A stretch of DNA of 64,000 bases from Eledone cirrhosa (taxonomy: Eukaryota): positions 24,800,001 to 24,864,000 of the forward strand of contig OZ024755.1 of NCBI GenBank assembly GCA_964016885.1, read 5' to 3'. The translations under genes were made by a program, and so were the position numbers. The notes under the pieces were generated by a model that was not told where the DNA came from, ran no database searches, and saw only the letters and a list, made by a program, of their open reading frames with translations. Shown one piece after another: positions 38,519-53,065 of the stretch (the stretch's first letter is position 1; each line of letters begins with the position of its first letter).

Positions 38519-41049
38519 ACACACACACTTTATCCACTCGGTACATATATATATATACACTTTGAGATAAAATATAAATGTGATACATGAGAGATTTATA
38601 CGTAGAATTGAAGGTGAAAACAATGTTTTTTTTCTTTAACTGATGTCCGTCATTGGACTGCGGTCAGGCTGGGGCACTACCTTAAGAACTTGAAGTCAGG
38701 ACGCTGAAAGCCTGTTTCACGAATTGACTACCTTTGGACTTGTACTTTATTCATCGACCCGAAAGAATGAAAGGCAAATTTGACATCCAGCCAGCAAGCG
38801 TAAGCGCCTGAAGTTCACTGATTTGATGCCTCTTGTATTCTGGAGGTATGGTCAAATTTTTGGCCTTGAAACTTTGGGTAGCTTTTTGTTCCGTGAATGA
38901 ACAAAAATAATATAATATAACATTTGAAAATGTGGACACCTTACACTATCTTTATCTGCCAACCTAATTAAACAAACTATGTAAATACGATCTAGATGAA
39001 CCTATACTACCGGGTCAGGTACACACTGGCACATTCGGCAAATCTAGTCGGTACCGATCAGACAGTTGGAACTGCCTGATCAGGTTACTGGGGTTTTGGG
39101 CAGCCCTCGCTTCTATTAGCTACTTCCACACAATTCTAGCGTGCCTTCATGATACTGTTCCAGTACCCCACTAACAGTAAAGGGCGAGATGTTCCCAGAA
39201 AGGCATAGACTCTGGTCTTTCCTCCGGGTCTACCAAACACACGCTCTCTCCACACACAATATGTGAGTTTCTGTGTGTGGCTAGTCCGTCAGCCTGCTAG
39301 AAATATGATCCTTTTTCTCCCTCAAATCATATTAACCCTACCAACCTCTTCGTTGAACACGCCTGGAACAACATTTAACGATAAGTCTGTCTCACATGGA
39401 TGTGCATGGGTCTTAAACAACCACCAACATTGATGATAGCTTCGCAAATAAGAAAGATTTTCAAACGATATAGTATTCCTAAATAATAATAATTGTTTCT
39501 ACTTTTGACACAAGGCCAGCAAATACCAGTACATTACTGGTACTTTATTTTATCGACCTCGTAAGGATGAAAGGCAAAGTTAACTTCGGCATAATAAAAA
39601 AAAAAACACCAATTCACAGAAAGTGGTGTTAGAGTTATCTCCCTTGGAGCTGTTTCCCAATCTGCTAGAAAAAGCAGCAAATATTGCATTTTATCACGTT
39701 ATAAAACAATAAAGGACAAATTCTACGGCGTATTTTTAGATACTCATGTAAACAATAAACACAGGATGGTCGTGGCTGGAATACCATTAGTCATACACAT
39801 GCCGGGTTGTCTTGTTTTTGTCATTCAGTTCAGACTGGGGATGAAATTAAACAGCAGCAAAATATCTCTGCGTTGTCGCTCTATTTGCTAGAAACATCAG
39901 TCAAATTTCCCTCCAATTACGAAAGCTAATTAGCCATGATATATCTCAAGCCAATTTCATGTTTTATTTTTATTCTTTTACTATGTACGGAATAGCAACA
40001 ACATCCAACTAGTAATTAAGGACAACATCAAGACATCCGTAGACACACAAGAATTAAACTAATAACACAAACACCTGGCTGTAACGCTTGCGCAAACCAA
40101 ACACACAACACACAAAAACAAGATGGTATAGGACAGGACAAAGGAAAGAGACAAATTAAGAAATCTTCACAGAGGAAGTCACAAAAGAGCTTTGACAATT
40201 TATAAACAACTATCCGGTTATTGAACCAACCAACCGGAACTTTATAATAAATCGAAGTGAAAACCACCAGGTGCTTGTGTTTTTCTTGGCAACATAGCCT
40301 TCCCAAAGTATAACAATATAGTAAATTTAAAATTTCATAAACTTAGCATGTATGATAAACATTTGGTTTCAGGACTCATTTATGGCCACCACTGTCTAGG
40401 ATTGGCTGCTCCTTCACTTTTGTTACTTAATTTTATTATATTTTCTATTGCAAACATGATATAATTAAATAGAAATTTGTTTAATAAACTTTATTCCATA
40501 GTAACGAAACTAAATAAAAATTTTCCCTGCGAAAATACGAAAACCTAACTGAGAATGTGTGGCTAACTTTGAAAGGTAATATCCCGGTCGTGTGTGATGA
40601 TAACCGGGAAATTTGAAATTCACGTAATTATTACAAAACTAAACATTATTGTCTATATTTTATTAACTATTTCAACCGTCCATAAGTAATTTATCTAACA
40701 ATATGATTTACAAATGAATATATATATAAATTAATTATAAAAATAAGGAAAGGTAAAAATTCAAACAAAACGTGGGAAGACAGACACATTCCCAATTATA
40801 CATTACAAAAGAAAATGTTGGTGTTTCCTTCTAAATATATTTAATGGCAAGCCAAAACATTCACGACACTGTCGCAGGTAATAATTAAGTTAAGGTGCTG
40901 TAATATTCATGTACATTTATCAGTATTGTGTAATATTTTAGTAAAATGAACCACCAGCAACGATAGTATTTCGTCAGCCACCCCACGAACTTCTTGAATA
41001 CAAATGTTAGTTCATGTAATTTATTTTACCCTTGTTTTCAGATGAAAAC

Positions 41050-41530
41050 GGGGACTGGAGGAAATTGCACAGACGCTGAGAGAGATATTGTTGCAGCAGG
41101 GCCCTGTGGATGAACTGTTGATTGATAACAGCACAGTGTTTCACTTGGAGGTGTTGAATAGGCTTGACAAGTGGAATGGGAGCCACTTCTTTAGAGCAGC
41201 ATACAGACTGAGAGGAAATGGGATTGTGGAGAGACACCATCGTACAATGAAGCCATGGCAGAAAGGGGGCACATTTTACCAATGGCAGTGGTGTTCTGGT
41301 ATAAGTCACTTCAGGTGGAACAGGCTACAGAATCATTGCCACATAGGGTAATATATAGATATGAATGGCGACATCCTTGCACATTATTACAACAATATGG
41401 AGAAGAGAGAGAATGCTTTCATATGAGTGGGCGAAGAAGTCTGGATCAAGCCCCCGAATGTACGTCACACATCTCAATGGATGGAATGCTATGTCATGTC
41501 TTGGATGTCCATAGAATCATTGATTCGAAG
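41050..41530 (+). mobile_element. Degenerate LTR-retrotransposon (Gypsy-like) integrase fragment
   Basis: GPVDELLIDNSTVF...FRAAYRLRGNGIVERHHRTMK / AERGHILPMAVVFWY resembles the rve D..E core (xxDNGxxF, NGxVERxxRTxK). Frameshifted. Confidence 0.8.
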
Positions 41531-42349
41531 AAGAGGAGAACGAAAGCGTTGCCCCTCCTAGGTGGATGATGGACTTTGACATGGAGTAATATGATGGGAT
41601 GATTGATCCTTGAGATCGTGGAGCTGCTGAAAAAGGAGTGCCGAAGTGTGGGGGACGTCTTACCAGAAGCAAAGGACAAGTGATGTCACATCAGGGTTCA
41701 GGCACTGATTACGGCCTCTTTTTCTTCAGGTTGTGGCCTAGTACAGATGAGAGCAAGTGAGGCATAAGTCACATGGACAGTTTTAAACACATCTTTCTTA
41801 TATAACCTACCAATATTTTAAAAGGAAATTAGACAGTACTGTCTTAAATACACCTTTCTTGTATCAGACACAACTATTTTAAAATTCCATATTAATATAG
41901 TCTTAAACACTTATTTTTCCTATCACATCTCCATTTCAATTACATATTTCTCATATCAAACACCACTATCATAAAAGAACATTAAACAATACAGTCTTAA
42001 ATACATCTTTATTGTATCACACCAGTATTTTAGAATTTTATATTAGACAATATAGCCTTAAACGCATGTTTTTATCACACTCTAGTATTATAAACATATT
42101 AGACAATACAGACCTAAACATATCTTTCTCATATCACACACTACAATTGTAAAAGGACATATTAAACAATATAGTCTCAAACACATTAGAGAAGATGTTC
42201 AACATATCTTTCTCAAATCAAACACCAATATTTTAAAATGGCATTTCAAACAATAGAATCTTACACAGCTGTTTTTAAAAATTACATTAGACACTACAGT
42301 CTTAAACACATCTTTCTCATATCACACACCAATAATTTAGCAGGACATA

Positions 42350-42915
42350 TGGTAGTTACGGAGTAGGTAGACCCAGAAAAACCTGGGACGATCTGATAAA
42401 TTCCGACCTTACACACTTGCACCTCTCTAAGACAATGTCACTGGACCAAGATCTTTGGCGCTACGCAGTAATACAGAACACCCGCCTTGCCTATGTACAA
42501 AGCGAAACCTACCGTCAGTAGGCACCTCTTAACCAAATATACACCCCAATCCACTACCCCTACCCTATCCTCCCACTCCCACCAACACCACCCTCTCTCT
42601 ATAAAGTTGGTACCACAACATCCAGTCCAAATAAATGAGATAATGAGATCAAGATCGAGATTGAGATCGTGTAGGTGTCATGAGAAAAAACACGCAGTCC
42701 ACGCTGTAATGTGGTTGTGTAGGTAACACGGTAAAAAGTTCCCAGTTCCACACTGTAAATGTGGTTGCTGTTAGGAAGAGCATCCAGCCGTAGAAAACCT
42801 GCCAGATAGCCCTATATGAGCGAGACACGGTCACCCGACCAACCTTGCCTCAAGTGGGACAACTCCCGTCTAACCCATGCTAGCATGGAAAATGGACGTT
42901 AAATGAAGATGATGA
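42350..42915 (+). mobile_element. RTE 3' fragment plus associated non-autonomous repeat
   Basis: GSYGVGRPRKTWDDLINSDLTHLHLSKTMSLDQDLWRYAV, homologous to 51900-52310 (-); ends in a catgctagcatggaaaatggacgttaaatgaagatgatg tail. Confidence 0.8.
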
Positions 42916-44960
42916 TTAGACACTACAGTCTTAAACACATCTTTCTCATATCACACACCAATAATTTAGCAGGACATTAGACACTACAGTCTTAAACACA
43001 TTTTTCTCATATCACACACCAATAATTTAGCAGGACATTAGACACTACAGTCTTAAACACATCTTTCTCATATCACACACCAATAGTTTAGCAGGACATT
43101 AGACACTACAGTCTTAAACACATCTTTCTCATATCACACACCAATAATTTAGCAGGACATTAGACACTACAGTCTTAAACACATCTTTCTCATATCACAC
43201 ACCAATAATTTAGCAGGACATTAGACACTACAGTCTTAAACACATCTTTCTCATATCACACACCAATAATTTAGCAGGACATTAGACACTACAGTCTTAA
43301 ACACAACTTTCTCATATCACACACCAATAGTTTAGCAGGACATTAGACACTACAGTCTTAAACACATCTTTCTCATATCACACACTACTATTTTGGAAGG
43401 ACATTAGACACTACAGTCTTAAACACATCTTTCTCATATCACACACCAATAATTTAGCAGGACATTAGACACTACAGTCTTAAACACATCTTTCTCATAT
43501 CACACACCAATAATTTAGCAGGACATTAGACACTACAGTCTTAAACACATCTTTCTCATATCACACACCAATAATTTAGCAGGACATTAGACACTACAGT
43601 CTTAAACACATCTTTCTCATATCACACACCAATAATTTAGCAGGACATTAGACACTACAGTCTTAATCACATCTTTCTCATATCACACACCAATAATTTA
43701 GCAGGACATTAGACACTACAGTCTTAAACACATCTTTCTCATATCACACACCAATAGTTTAGCAGGACATTAGACACTACAGTCTTAAACACATCTTTCT
43801 CATATCACACACCAATAATTTAGCAGGACATTAGACACTACAGTCTTAAACACATCTTTCTCATATCACACACCAATAATTTAGCAGGACATTAGACACT
43901 ACAGTCTTAAACACATCTTTCTAATATCACACACCAATAGTTTAGCAGGACATTAGACACTACAGTCTTAAACACAACTTTCTCATATCACACACCAATA
44001 ATTTAGCAGGACATTAGACACTACAGTCTTAAACACAACTTTCTCATATCACACACCAATAATTTAGCAGGACATTAGACACTACAGTCTTAAACACAAC
44101 TTTCTCATATCACACACCAATAATTTAGCAGGACATTAGACACTACAGTCTTAAACACAACTTTCTCATATCACACACCAATAATTTAGCAGGACATTAG
44201 ACACTACAGTCTTAAACACAACTTTCTCATATCACACACCAATAATTTAGCAGGACATTAGACACTACAGTCTTAAACACAACTTTCTCATATCACACAC
44301 CAATAGTTTAGCAGGACATTAGACACTACAGTCTTAAACACATCTTTCTCATATCACACACTACTATTTTGGAAGGACATTAGACACTACAGTCTTAAAC
44401 ACATCTTTCTCATATCACACACCAATAGTTTAGCAGGACATTAGACACTACAGTCTTAAACACAACTTTCTCATATCACACACCAATAATTTAGCAGGAC
44501 ATTAGACACTACAGTCTTAAACACATCTTTCTCATATCACACACCAATAATTTAGCAGGACATTAGACACTACAGTCTTAAACACATCTTTCTCATATCA
44601 CACACCAATAATTTAGCAGGACATTAGACACTACAGTCTTAAACACAACTTTCTCATATCACACACCAATAGTTTAGCAGGACATTAGACACTACAGTCT
44701 TAAACACATCTTTCTCATATCACACACCAATAATTTAGCAGGACATTAGACACTACAGTCTTAAACACATCTTTCTCATATCACACACCAATAATTTAGC
44801 AGGACATTAGACACTACAGTCTTAAACACAACTTTCTCATATCACACACCAATAATTTAGCAGGACATTAGACACTACAGTCTTAAACACATCTTTCTCA
44901 TATCACACACTACTATTTTGGAAGGACATTAGACACTACAGTCTTAAACACAACTTTCTT
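42915..44960. repeat. 61-bp minisatellite, about 33 copies
   Basis: Unit attagacactacagtcttaaacacatctttctcatatcacacaccaataatttagcaggac. Degenerate copies lie upstream at 41770-42350. Confidence 0.95.
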
Positions 44961-45249
44961 ATATTGTACTCTACTGATTTAAGACAAAACAGTATTAACC
45001 CTTTATCATTTACTATTGTGATTTTTACAGTAAATACTTTATTTCACATATGTCATATAACATTTACATTATTCTATATTTACTATTGTATTTCCATAAT
45101 AAACACCTTATTTCACATAATATCAAATCTATGAGATTTTGATATTATTTATTTTGAGAACAATACCTTAATATCAGTATGAGCAGCTAGTTGTGGCTGG
45201 TTTGAACAGAAAGAGGCGAGAGAATTCTGGCTGGTTTAAATGCTAAAGG

Positions 45250-46360
45250 GTTAAATACATCATTATTGTATCACATAGTTTTCCCCAAGTAAACTCAACA
45301 GATGGACTGACTGTAGAAGTCAGCAGTAGTATAGTAATTAAGGCAATCAAGAATATGAAGACAGACAAGGCAGCTGGACCTTCAGGGATAGTTGCCGAAA
45401 GCATCTGGGATGGTGGGTGACACTGTAGCCACCCGTATTGTAAATACAAAATGGTGCCATACCCAGTGACTGGCATAGCAGTATCACCATCAACAGAGAT
45501 GCTCTAAACAGAGAAAACTATAGAGTCATCAAGTTGGTTGACCAGGTCATGTAGGTCACAGAAAGAGTTAGAGCACAGCTGATTAGGGTCTAAATGAAAG
45601 TAGATAAGATGTATGGATTTATGGCAGGTAAAAGTACCACGAATGCCATGAGGCAACTGCTGGGGAAGTACTTGATTAAAAGGTAAATCCCTCTACTTGG
45701 CATTCGTTGGCCCAGAGAAAGCTTTTAACAAAGTCCCCTGTTCCATTATCTGGTGGGCTCTTAGAAAACTAGGAATAAATTAGTGGCTTGTGAAGGCTGT
45801 ATAGAGGAACAGTCATCAAGGTTAAAATTGACAATGACTATGTCCATCACGGCTCCGTTCTTAGCCCTCCTCTGTTTATTATCGCTCTGCAGGCTATAAC
45901 AGAAGAGTTTAAGTCTGGCTCCCCATGGGAACTTATATATGTAGATGATCTAACCCTTATATCTGAATCTATATTAGAATTTGAAACACGGAAGTAAGGC
46001 CTAGAATCAAAAGCTCTTAAAATTAATATGTCAAAGCTTAAAGTCCTAGTATGTAGAAAGGAAAACGGAGCCCAGATTCCTCAAGGGGAATGGCCTTGCT
46101 CAGTGTGCAGGAAAGGAGTAGGTAGACATTTCTTCCTATATATCAAATGCAAACTATGGGTACATAAGAGATTTAGTGGTAGGTTAGCTAAGAATGGGAT
46201 CTCTGGTAGGTTAGCTGTTCGATGTACAAGGGCATAAAATAGCAAGAGCTCACAGAATACTATTTCCTTCAAATGCCCAGAGGGCTCTGTAGAAATAGTC
46301 AAGAGTTTCCATTTCCTGGATGACCAAATCAGCTGTGGCAGAGGGTATTCCAAAAGTACA
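45250..46360 (+). mobile_element. RTE LINE RT region, degenerate
   Basis: IKNMKTDKAAGPSG, ENYRVIKL, LYLAFVGPEKAFNKVP, HGSVLSPPLF, ELIYVDDL and the zinc-finger-like WPCSVCRKGVG..CKLWVHKR. Confidence 0.88.
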
Positions 46361-46369
46361 GTACTTCCC

Positions 46370-47335
46370 TTCTAGTTAAGTATACTTGCTGCCTAGCTTC
46401 CTTCCTGGTCTCTATGTAATGTACCCTGCTTCTTCCATTCTTTCCATGCCTGTCTCTTAGCCTTAATTGCCTCATCTACCTTATTGTTCCTCCACCAGGT
46501 CACTCTCCTCCTCCCTGTGGTCTTGCTCCAACCACAAATTTCGTCCGTAACCTTTAGTAAGTTATTTTTTAGGAACTCTTAGTGCTCTTCTACATTGAAT
46601 GTCTCTATTTGTTCTTCTTTACTGTCATAGGCGTTGAGTAAGATATCTTTAAATCTGTTACTGGCTGAGTTGGCTTTCAGCTTCCAGATCTTTCTTCTCC
46701 AGGTTGCCTTCTCTTTCCAAGTAACTCTAGTTCTGACAATGAGGTCGCTGACAACTAAGTTATGTTGGGAGGTACATTCCTCACCAGGGAAGGCTTTTGT
46801 GTTTACAACCGTCCATCTATCTCGTCCTCTTATAAGGATAAAATCTATCTGACTAGAATGCTCCCCTGATCTATAGGTGATTAGATGGTTGTCGGGTTTT
46901 TTGAAGTTTGTGTTACATAGTGACATACCATTGGTGTCGCAGAATTCTAGAAGCTTTCTTCATTTCTTGTGCCAAACCTGTAGCCTCCATATGGAAGCTA
47001 TCACAGTGTTTCCCAACATGTCCGTTAAAGTCTCCTGCAATGATTAGGAAGTCATTGTCATTTGTTAGGGCAGTAGTGTGCATTAAGGACTTGTAAAACC
47101 TATCCTTAAGTTCATCTGGCAACCCCGAGTGGGGTGCGTAAGCTAATATGATTGTAGCAATTGTTTTCTTCAGGACTAGTCTGAGTTTAATGATTCTTGT
47201 GTTCACCGTGTTCACTGAGATTACCTTATCTATCCATTTGTCAGCTAATAGTATACCCACACCACCCATCCCATTGTCATTTCCCACCCAGAAAAAATTT
47301 ATAGCTTCAGTTTCTAATTTCAACCTCGCTCGCTG
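46370..47335 (-). mobile_element. RTE LINE endonuclease region
   Basis: GGVGILL..., AYAPHSG, IIAGDFNGHVG, NTNFKK..HLITYRSG..SQIDFILIR and TSQHNLVV are APE endonuclease motifs. Confidence 0.9.
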
Positions 47336-48799
47336 TTTCAAAACAAACTAGTCATATATAATAAATGAGTGAAGAATAGCACACACGCACGCACAAACAC
47401 ACACACACCTTGTGTATTGATGCCAATTTTTTTTTTTTTTTTGTATGGGTATTTGAGTTAACTCTGTTTAGAAAAAATAAAATGAAAGAACCTCATGTTT
47501 TCTAACCTGAATAAAAAATCTTTAAAAATTGGATTTTACCATTTTTACGGAGGTAAAGTATATCTTTATATTATGTTGAAGAGTTTTGTTAAAACATTTT
47601 CTGTTTATTTCCCTCCATAATGTCAGCAATAATTATTTAAACGATAGTTGTATTTAGCTACTGCCACACTCCCGACATATTTAATGGTATACATATATAT
47701 ATAAATATATAAATATACACTTCGATAGGTGTATATGAACATATAAATAAGTATATATACATATTTTGAAATACCTTTTCTCTGTAGCAGTAAAAAAGTT
47801 AAGTCAGGGTTAAACCTCCAGACATAGCTGGTATTCATTTCCAGCTGAGTATACTGGGGTTTTTTTTTTGCTCAAGAACAACATTATGATCATAAATCCA
47901 CTGTTAAAGAAAATAGAACTAAACCATTTTCTCTCTCTCTCTCTATATATATAAAGCCACATAGTTACCTCTTCTAAGAAACTAAACTAAGCCTTCTCGA
48001 TACAATATGATACATTCTAAGAAATATAACTCTACATACATACAGATACATTCTGTTATATCTCTATAAACCAGTCTGGGAATCGAACTCACAACTTTTA
48101 AGACTTCTTTCAAGATTGTTATTAAAGTCTATAAATTGTTGTTTTAGAAGTTTTGTTTTTTATGTATTTTGAACAAATTAAACTTTCAATATTTTTCAGA
48201 TAACTAGAATCTTTTTTTCTAAAATTACATAAGTCTTCGCTTATTTTTCCTGTAAATTTTGGAGGGGAATATTCTACCCGCCTCGCCTTTGTGCGGAATT
48301 TATAACACCATCGTAATCATAAGTTAACTGTTGCTCAGTGTTAACCAGATCGATATCAGTTTCACCTACTTGACATAGAACCAGCTTGGCCTTCATCTTC
48401 TCTTTCTAGATGTCCAGTACAGGATGGTGCGCCAGTTTGACCAGCACCATCTGGCATGTTTTCGCTCGTACTCTCATCCCAACATCGGGGTTCCCTAATC
48501 GGTGAACCTCACAAATCCCACTGTTGTGCACTTATGTTGCTGGCTGCAAGCTTCCCTTCCCAGCCCGATCGGATGGCTTAACTATCACTGCGGGAGTAGT
48601 CCCTTCATCTGGGCATGTTATGACACGACACCTTATCTAGCGGCAACATGCCAAAGTATCGGCCGATCTCTGATGGCTCTCAGACCACATCTACTTATAT
48701 GTAGCTTTAATAATAAATATTTGACATCTAATAAACCCAATGTAGGAACAGGTTTTCTCTCTTCTGTGTATTTATGCATGTATTATTATATAAGTACAT

Positions 48800-49560
48800 A
48801 TATAGTAAAAGACAAAACTGGAAGAATTTGATGAAGTTTTAAATTTTTTATTCACAACGTATGTAAATGACTTTCATAGTTTTACTTATTTCATTTTTCT
48901 TAGAGATGTCCAGCCTTCTCAGTCATATCATGTGTTGTTTGCCCTAACCACTGAGGGAATGTTTTTACAAGTTGTAGTTTCCTGAACAGTGATGAAGTGT
49001 CTGTTAATAAAAAAAATGTTTGAGTTGTGATCAGTATATTTTGACAAACAATATATAAAAAATTCTACATATTGTATACGAGTTGTGTGGTTACTTTGAC
49101 AATGAAAAAAATTAGCCTAATAAATGGCTTCTAATTACTTCGTTTTGTAAAAAGAAAAATATTGAAGAGCTTCTTCCCTTAAGTTCAATCGCAGAAGAGA
49201 CCACCCCCATTAATTTTTTTTTTATTTCTCCGCTTTAGCGACATCGGTTACTCGTTCCAGTTGAGTTACTGATGTCGCTAAAGTGGAGAAATAAAAAAAA
49301 TGGTGTCCCGTTTCATGTAGATTTTTTTCCGACACTTTCAAAAACATTATTAGTTTTAGAAACTTCATTCTTATTTTCTTTCAAGAAACTTTATCTACAC
49401 TCTTAGTTTATTTATTTAGAAACTTCATATACACTTACATTCTTTTTAGTATGTCTTACTCGGTTTTTTGTAGACTCTTGATTTCTTTATTCATTTTTGT
49501 CAAAATAAAATGAACACAATTCGTATTTAATATGTAAACTTTCTTTGTTAACAGAAACTG
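48800..49560 (+). mobile_element. AT-rich element with an internal hairpin; inverted, diverged copy of 55800-56545
   Basis: For example, gatgtccagccttctcagtc at 48905 matches the reverse complement of 56418-56437. Hairpin at 49213-49300. Confidence 0.7.
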
Positions 49561-50689
49561 TGTTTGTAGTCTATCTTTGTTCACTAGTGTGTGTTTATGT
49601 GTGGTTGTTATTGTACTTGTGTTTATTTATTTATATTTACCTTAGGTCTGTATGGTTGTTGTTATTCCATTCATTTTTTTCTGTTCAACTTTGGTTTTAT
49701 TAGTTTTATTTCAGTTGCTTCTCTTATTTGTCTACCTGTTGAGTCATTTCTATGTTTAGATATTTTAATTTCTATGTTGTCTATATTACCGTCATGTCTT
49801 TGTCTGGCGTGTTCATATAGTACTGAACCGTCTTTTTGTCTTTTTAGTCCTCCCCCAGTGTTGGTCTATTCTCTCTCCTATGCTTCGAGCTGTCTCACCT
49901 ATGTATGTCATTGTCATGTTTCTGCAAGTATCCTCTGTACATCTTATGCTATAGACTACATTTCTAGTTTTACAATTTATTTGAGGATTTATCTATATAT
50001 AATATAAAAGAAAGATGTTTATTGGTTGGTTGGTTGAATCACATGAAAACTACACACACACGCATACACACACATCTAAAGAGGGAGTGGCAGAAAGAGA
50101 GAGATAGGCCGTTATACAGAGAGAGGTACAATTAAAGTGTTAGACATTCAGAGAGAGTAATGTCCCACGAAAGTCTAGAAATGGCTTAAACTATAGATCA
50201 TTTGATCTATAGGAAGGTTTAACAATATTGCGTTAGCTTTTATAAATTCGTTTTACAGTCTTTGATTTTACAGAACAAAGAAAAATTGATACTATTTGAA
50301 ATTAATCTACCCTCCAGCGTTTATCCATATACTACTTACAGATCATACTAACGAAGCAAAACACTTCAGAAGCCATGTTATGTGGTATATTGCGGTTTGA
50401 AATGACGTCCTTTGGAGCTGAAAAAGATCATACTGACTATGGTTATTTCATAACATTTAAAATCCAAGGCCAGTGCTACCTAATAAGGAAGTTTTATTAT
50501 TGTTTTTTTTTATGTCTCTCTCACACACACTCACACATGCACACACGCATTACAGTCTCACCTCATACCAGACAACACATCCAATACAGTCGTTTTCTCT
50601 TTTATCCATCTTTTCTTAACTGTTCTCCCGGGTGAAGTTAGGTACCTCAGCTAGTTCTACATGTAACACATTTCTTATTCATACAGTGG

Positions 50690-51350
50690 GCTTTCTTAAA
50701 GGGATTTTATCGTAGTTCCTGGCTTTTCTACTACTTTTATCTTTAGATGCATCTTTCTAAATTGGTTAGCTAATTTCCCTCCAGGAGTTGCATCCACGAA
50801 CATGATACTCTGGTATCTCTGGTTGTCATACCATGAAGTGGCTTTCCCTATCTTATGTTTAGTCCTATCTATGCTAGCCATGATTTGCTCGTGTACAATG
50901 GGCAAATCCATTTCATGTCCATTTCTATGAGTGTCTTATATTTTTCCATGGCTCCTTTGTATACTCTGATTCTGTCTCTTTGGTTGTAGCCAGAGAACTG
51001 CATGCGGTTGATGAAGTTGTCAGATGTGCCTTTCCATTTCAGTTGGATCGCACATGCGGGACACATTCTTCACCACTCTGACCAAGTCTGCGATCAGAAT
51101 ACTAAACTTAGCACTACTGGACATTGCTGAGTTTTTGAGTATAAGGTGTTTGGAGGCCATGGGTTTAGCATAATGAGAGTGGAGAATTTGGGTCCTCTCG
51201 TTTATAGAGTTTAACCAGAATGCACTGTCTAATACTGGTAGTCTATTGTTAGGGTGTTTGGAAGGGTAGTCAATAGTTACTGTTATGCTCTGGTTGTATG
51301 GAGTTAGCTATCTGCTGGATGCTCTCCATTGTGTTATTTTCCAGTTCAGG
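50690..51350 (-). mobile_element. Penelope-like element fragment (second family)
   Basis: Minus-strand translation gives SITVTIDYPSKHPNNRLPVLD, ILHSHYAKPMAS, RMQFSGYNQRDR and SIMFVDATPGGKLA..IKVVEKPG. Confidence 0.75.
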
Positions 51351-51899
51351 TTTATTGGTACTCTCTTGTGGGAGTGTTCTTATTACTATCGTAAGAGTAC
51401 ATGATGAGGGCTATGGAGTAATAAGAGTACATGAAGGCTATGGAGTTCTCTGAGTCTCCTTTCCCACCATACCATAAACAGGTTGGTTATGGTCCATCTG
51501 GTTCCTTACCACACCTCCTTTGTTATATATAGGTGTCATCGGAAATATTTTAGGCAAGCCAATAAATAATCTATCAACTATAAACAATATCTTTGAGTAC
51601 ATGGAGCCTACGAAAAGATTCAATAACAAGATTCTAGCTGCTTTACCGCTTCCTTCGCTTTCTGTTTTTTAAAATAAACATTTTAATGCTTAATTACGGG
51701 GTCGTTAAAATAAAGAACCAGTAATGCACTGGGGATAATTGCTGATCTTGTGCCAAAAGTAGAATATTCACTTATCTCTATCTTTTTTGTTTCTCAACTG
51801 TAAGAAATACTAGATATATCCCCTAGTCTGTCATGGATACATCATTTGTTTGTTTGCTGAAACTTTTTATCACCCGTTTTTGCGATTAAGTAAAGACGG

Positions 51900-52310
51900 A
51901 GTTATCGTTCTTGAGATTTCGCTTGGAGAAAGGGTCGTGTTGGTGGGAGTGGGAGGATGGAGTAGGGGTAGTGGGTTGGGGTGTATATTTGGTTAAGAGG
52001 TGCATACTGACAGAAGGTTTCGTTTTGTACAAAGGCAAGGCAGGTCTTCTGTATTACTGCGTGGCGCCAAAGATCTCGGTCCAGTGACATTGTCTTAGAG
52101 AGGTGCAAGTGTGTAAGGTTGGAATTTATCAAATCGTTCCAGGTTTTTCTGGGTCTACTTACTCCGTAACTTCCATCAATTTTGATCGCCCTGCACTTTT
52201 TTATACAGCTGTCGTCTTTCATGCACATCATGTGACCATACCAACGTAGTCTTCTCTCAAATAAACAGCATCTGATCCCATTTATTCCTAATTTCTCACT
52301 TAGTTCATTG
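51900..52310 (-). mobile_element. RTE LINE 3' fragment
   Basis: RLRWYGHMMCMKDDSCIKKCRAIKIDGSYGVSRPRKTW...DRDLWRHAV. Confidence 0.85.
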
Positions 52311-52709
52311 CAGTATACAGTATTACAGAATATTATAATTGAATTTTTGAATAATTGTGTATACTGTTATTTTGAAAAGTTTTAACCAAACTGAAAATAA
52401 ATTCCTATAAATCTATAACTATGTTTTCTTATAAAAATCACGGCAATGCAGTCAATACCACATCTTCATACAGGTACATCACTTGTTTGTTTGCTCTTTA
52501 CAAAGGAGATTTATTTCATGGTTTTGATTTCTTCTACTTTTAATATTTTACATCCTTCTATTATTCGTTTTCCCCTGCTCTTGCCATTACTGTTTTTATA
52601 ATGCCCCTATAAATTTTTCAAAATAACAGTATGTTATACATTTACCAATTTAAAATTTATTTTAATAGTTTACTTGTACTGCACACCACACAGCATATAG
52701 TACCTAGTT

Positions 52710-53065
52710 AAAAGGTAAATCCTTCCACTTGGCATTTGTTGGGGAATGGCCTTTCTCTGTGTGCAGGAAAGGAGTAGGTAGAAATATCTTCCTATGTTCC
52801 AAATGCAAACTATGGGTGCACAAGAGATTTAGTGGGATCTCAGGTGTATCAAGAGCTTATAGGATACTAACTCCTTAAAATGCCCAGAGCGCTCTGTAGA
52901 AATAGTCAACTGTTTCCATTACCTGGATGACCAAATTAGTGGAAGAGAGTGTTTCAAAAGTACAGTAGCCAGAATGAGAAGGGGATGAAAAAAAGTCCAG
53001 GGAGCTACTACCACTGTTAGCTACAAAAGGTTTTCCCTCAGAATGAAGGGCTTATTGTATGTGGG
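52710..53065 (+). mobile_element. RTE LINE internal fragment
   Basis: Homologous to 45680-46360 (ggggaatggcctt.ctc.gtgtgcaggaaaggagtaggtag...). Confidence 0.75.

Noticed and set aside
40028-40306. 92-aa Cys-rich hydrophobic ORF on the minus strand (also 49591-50007 and 23518-23766)
   Set aside because: Hydrophobicity is explained by T/G-rich composition; no splice or homology support.
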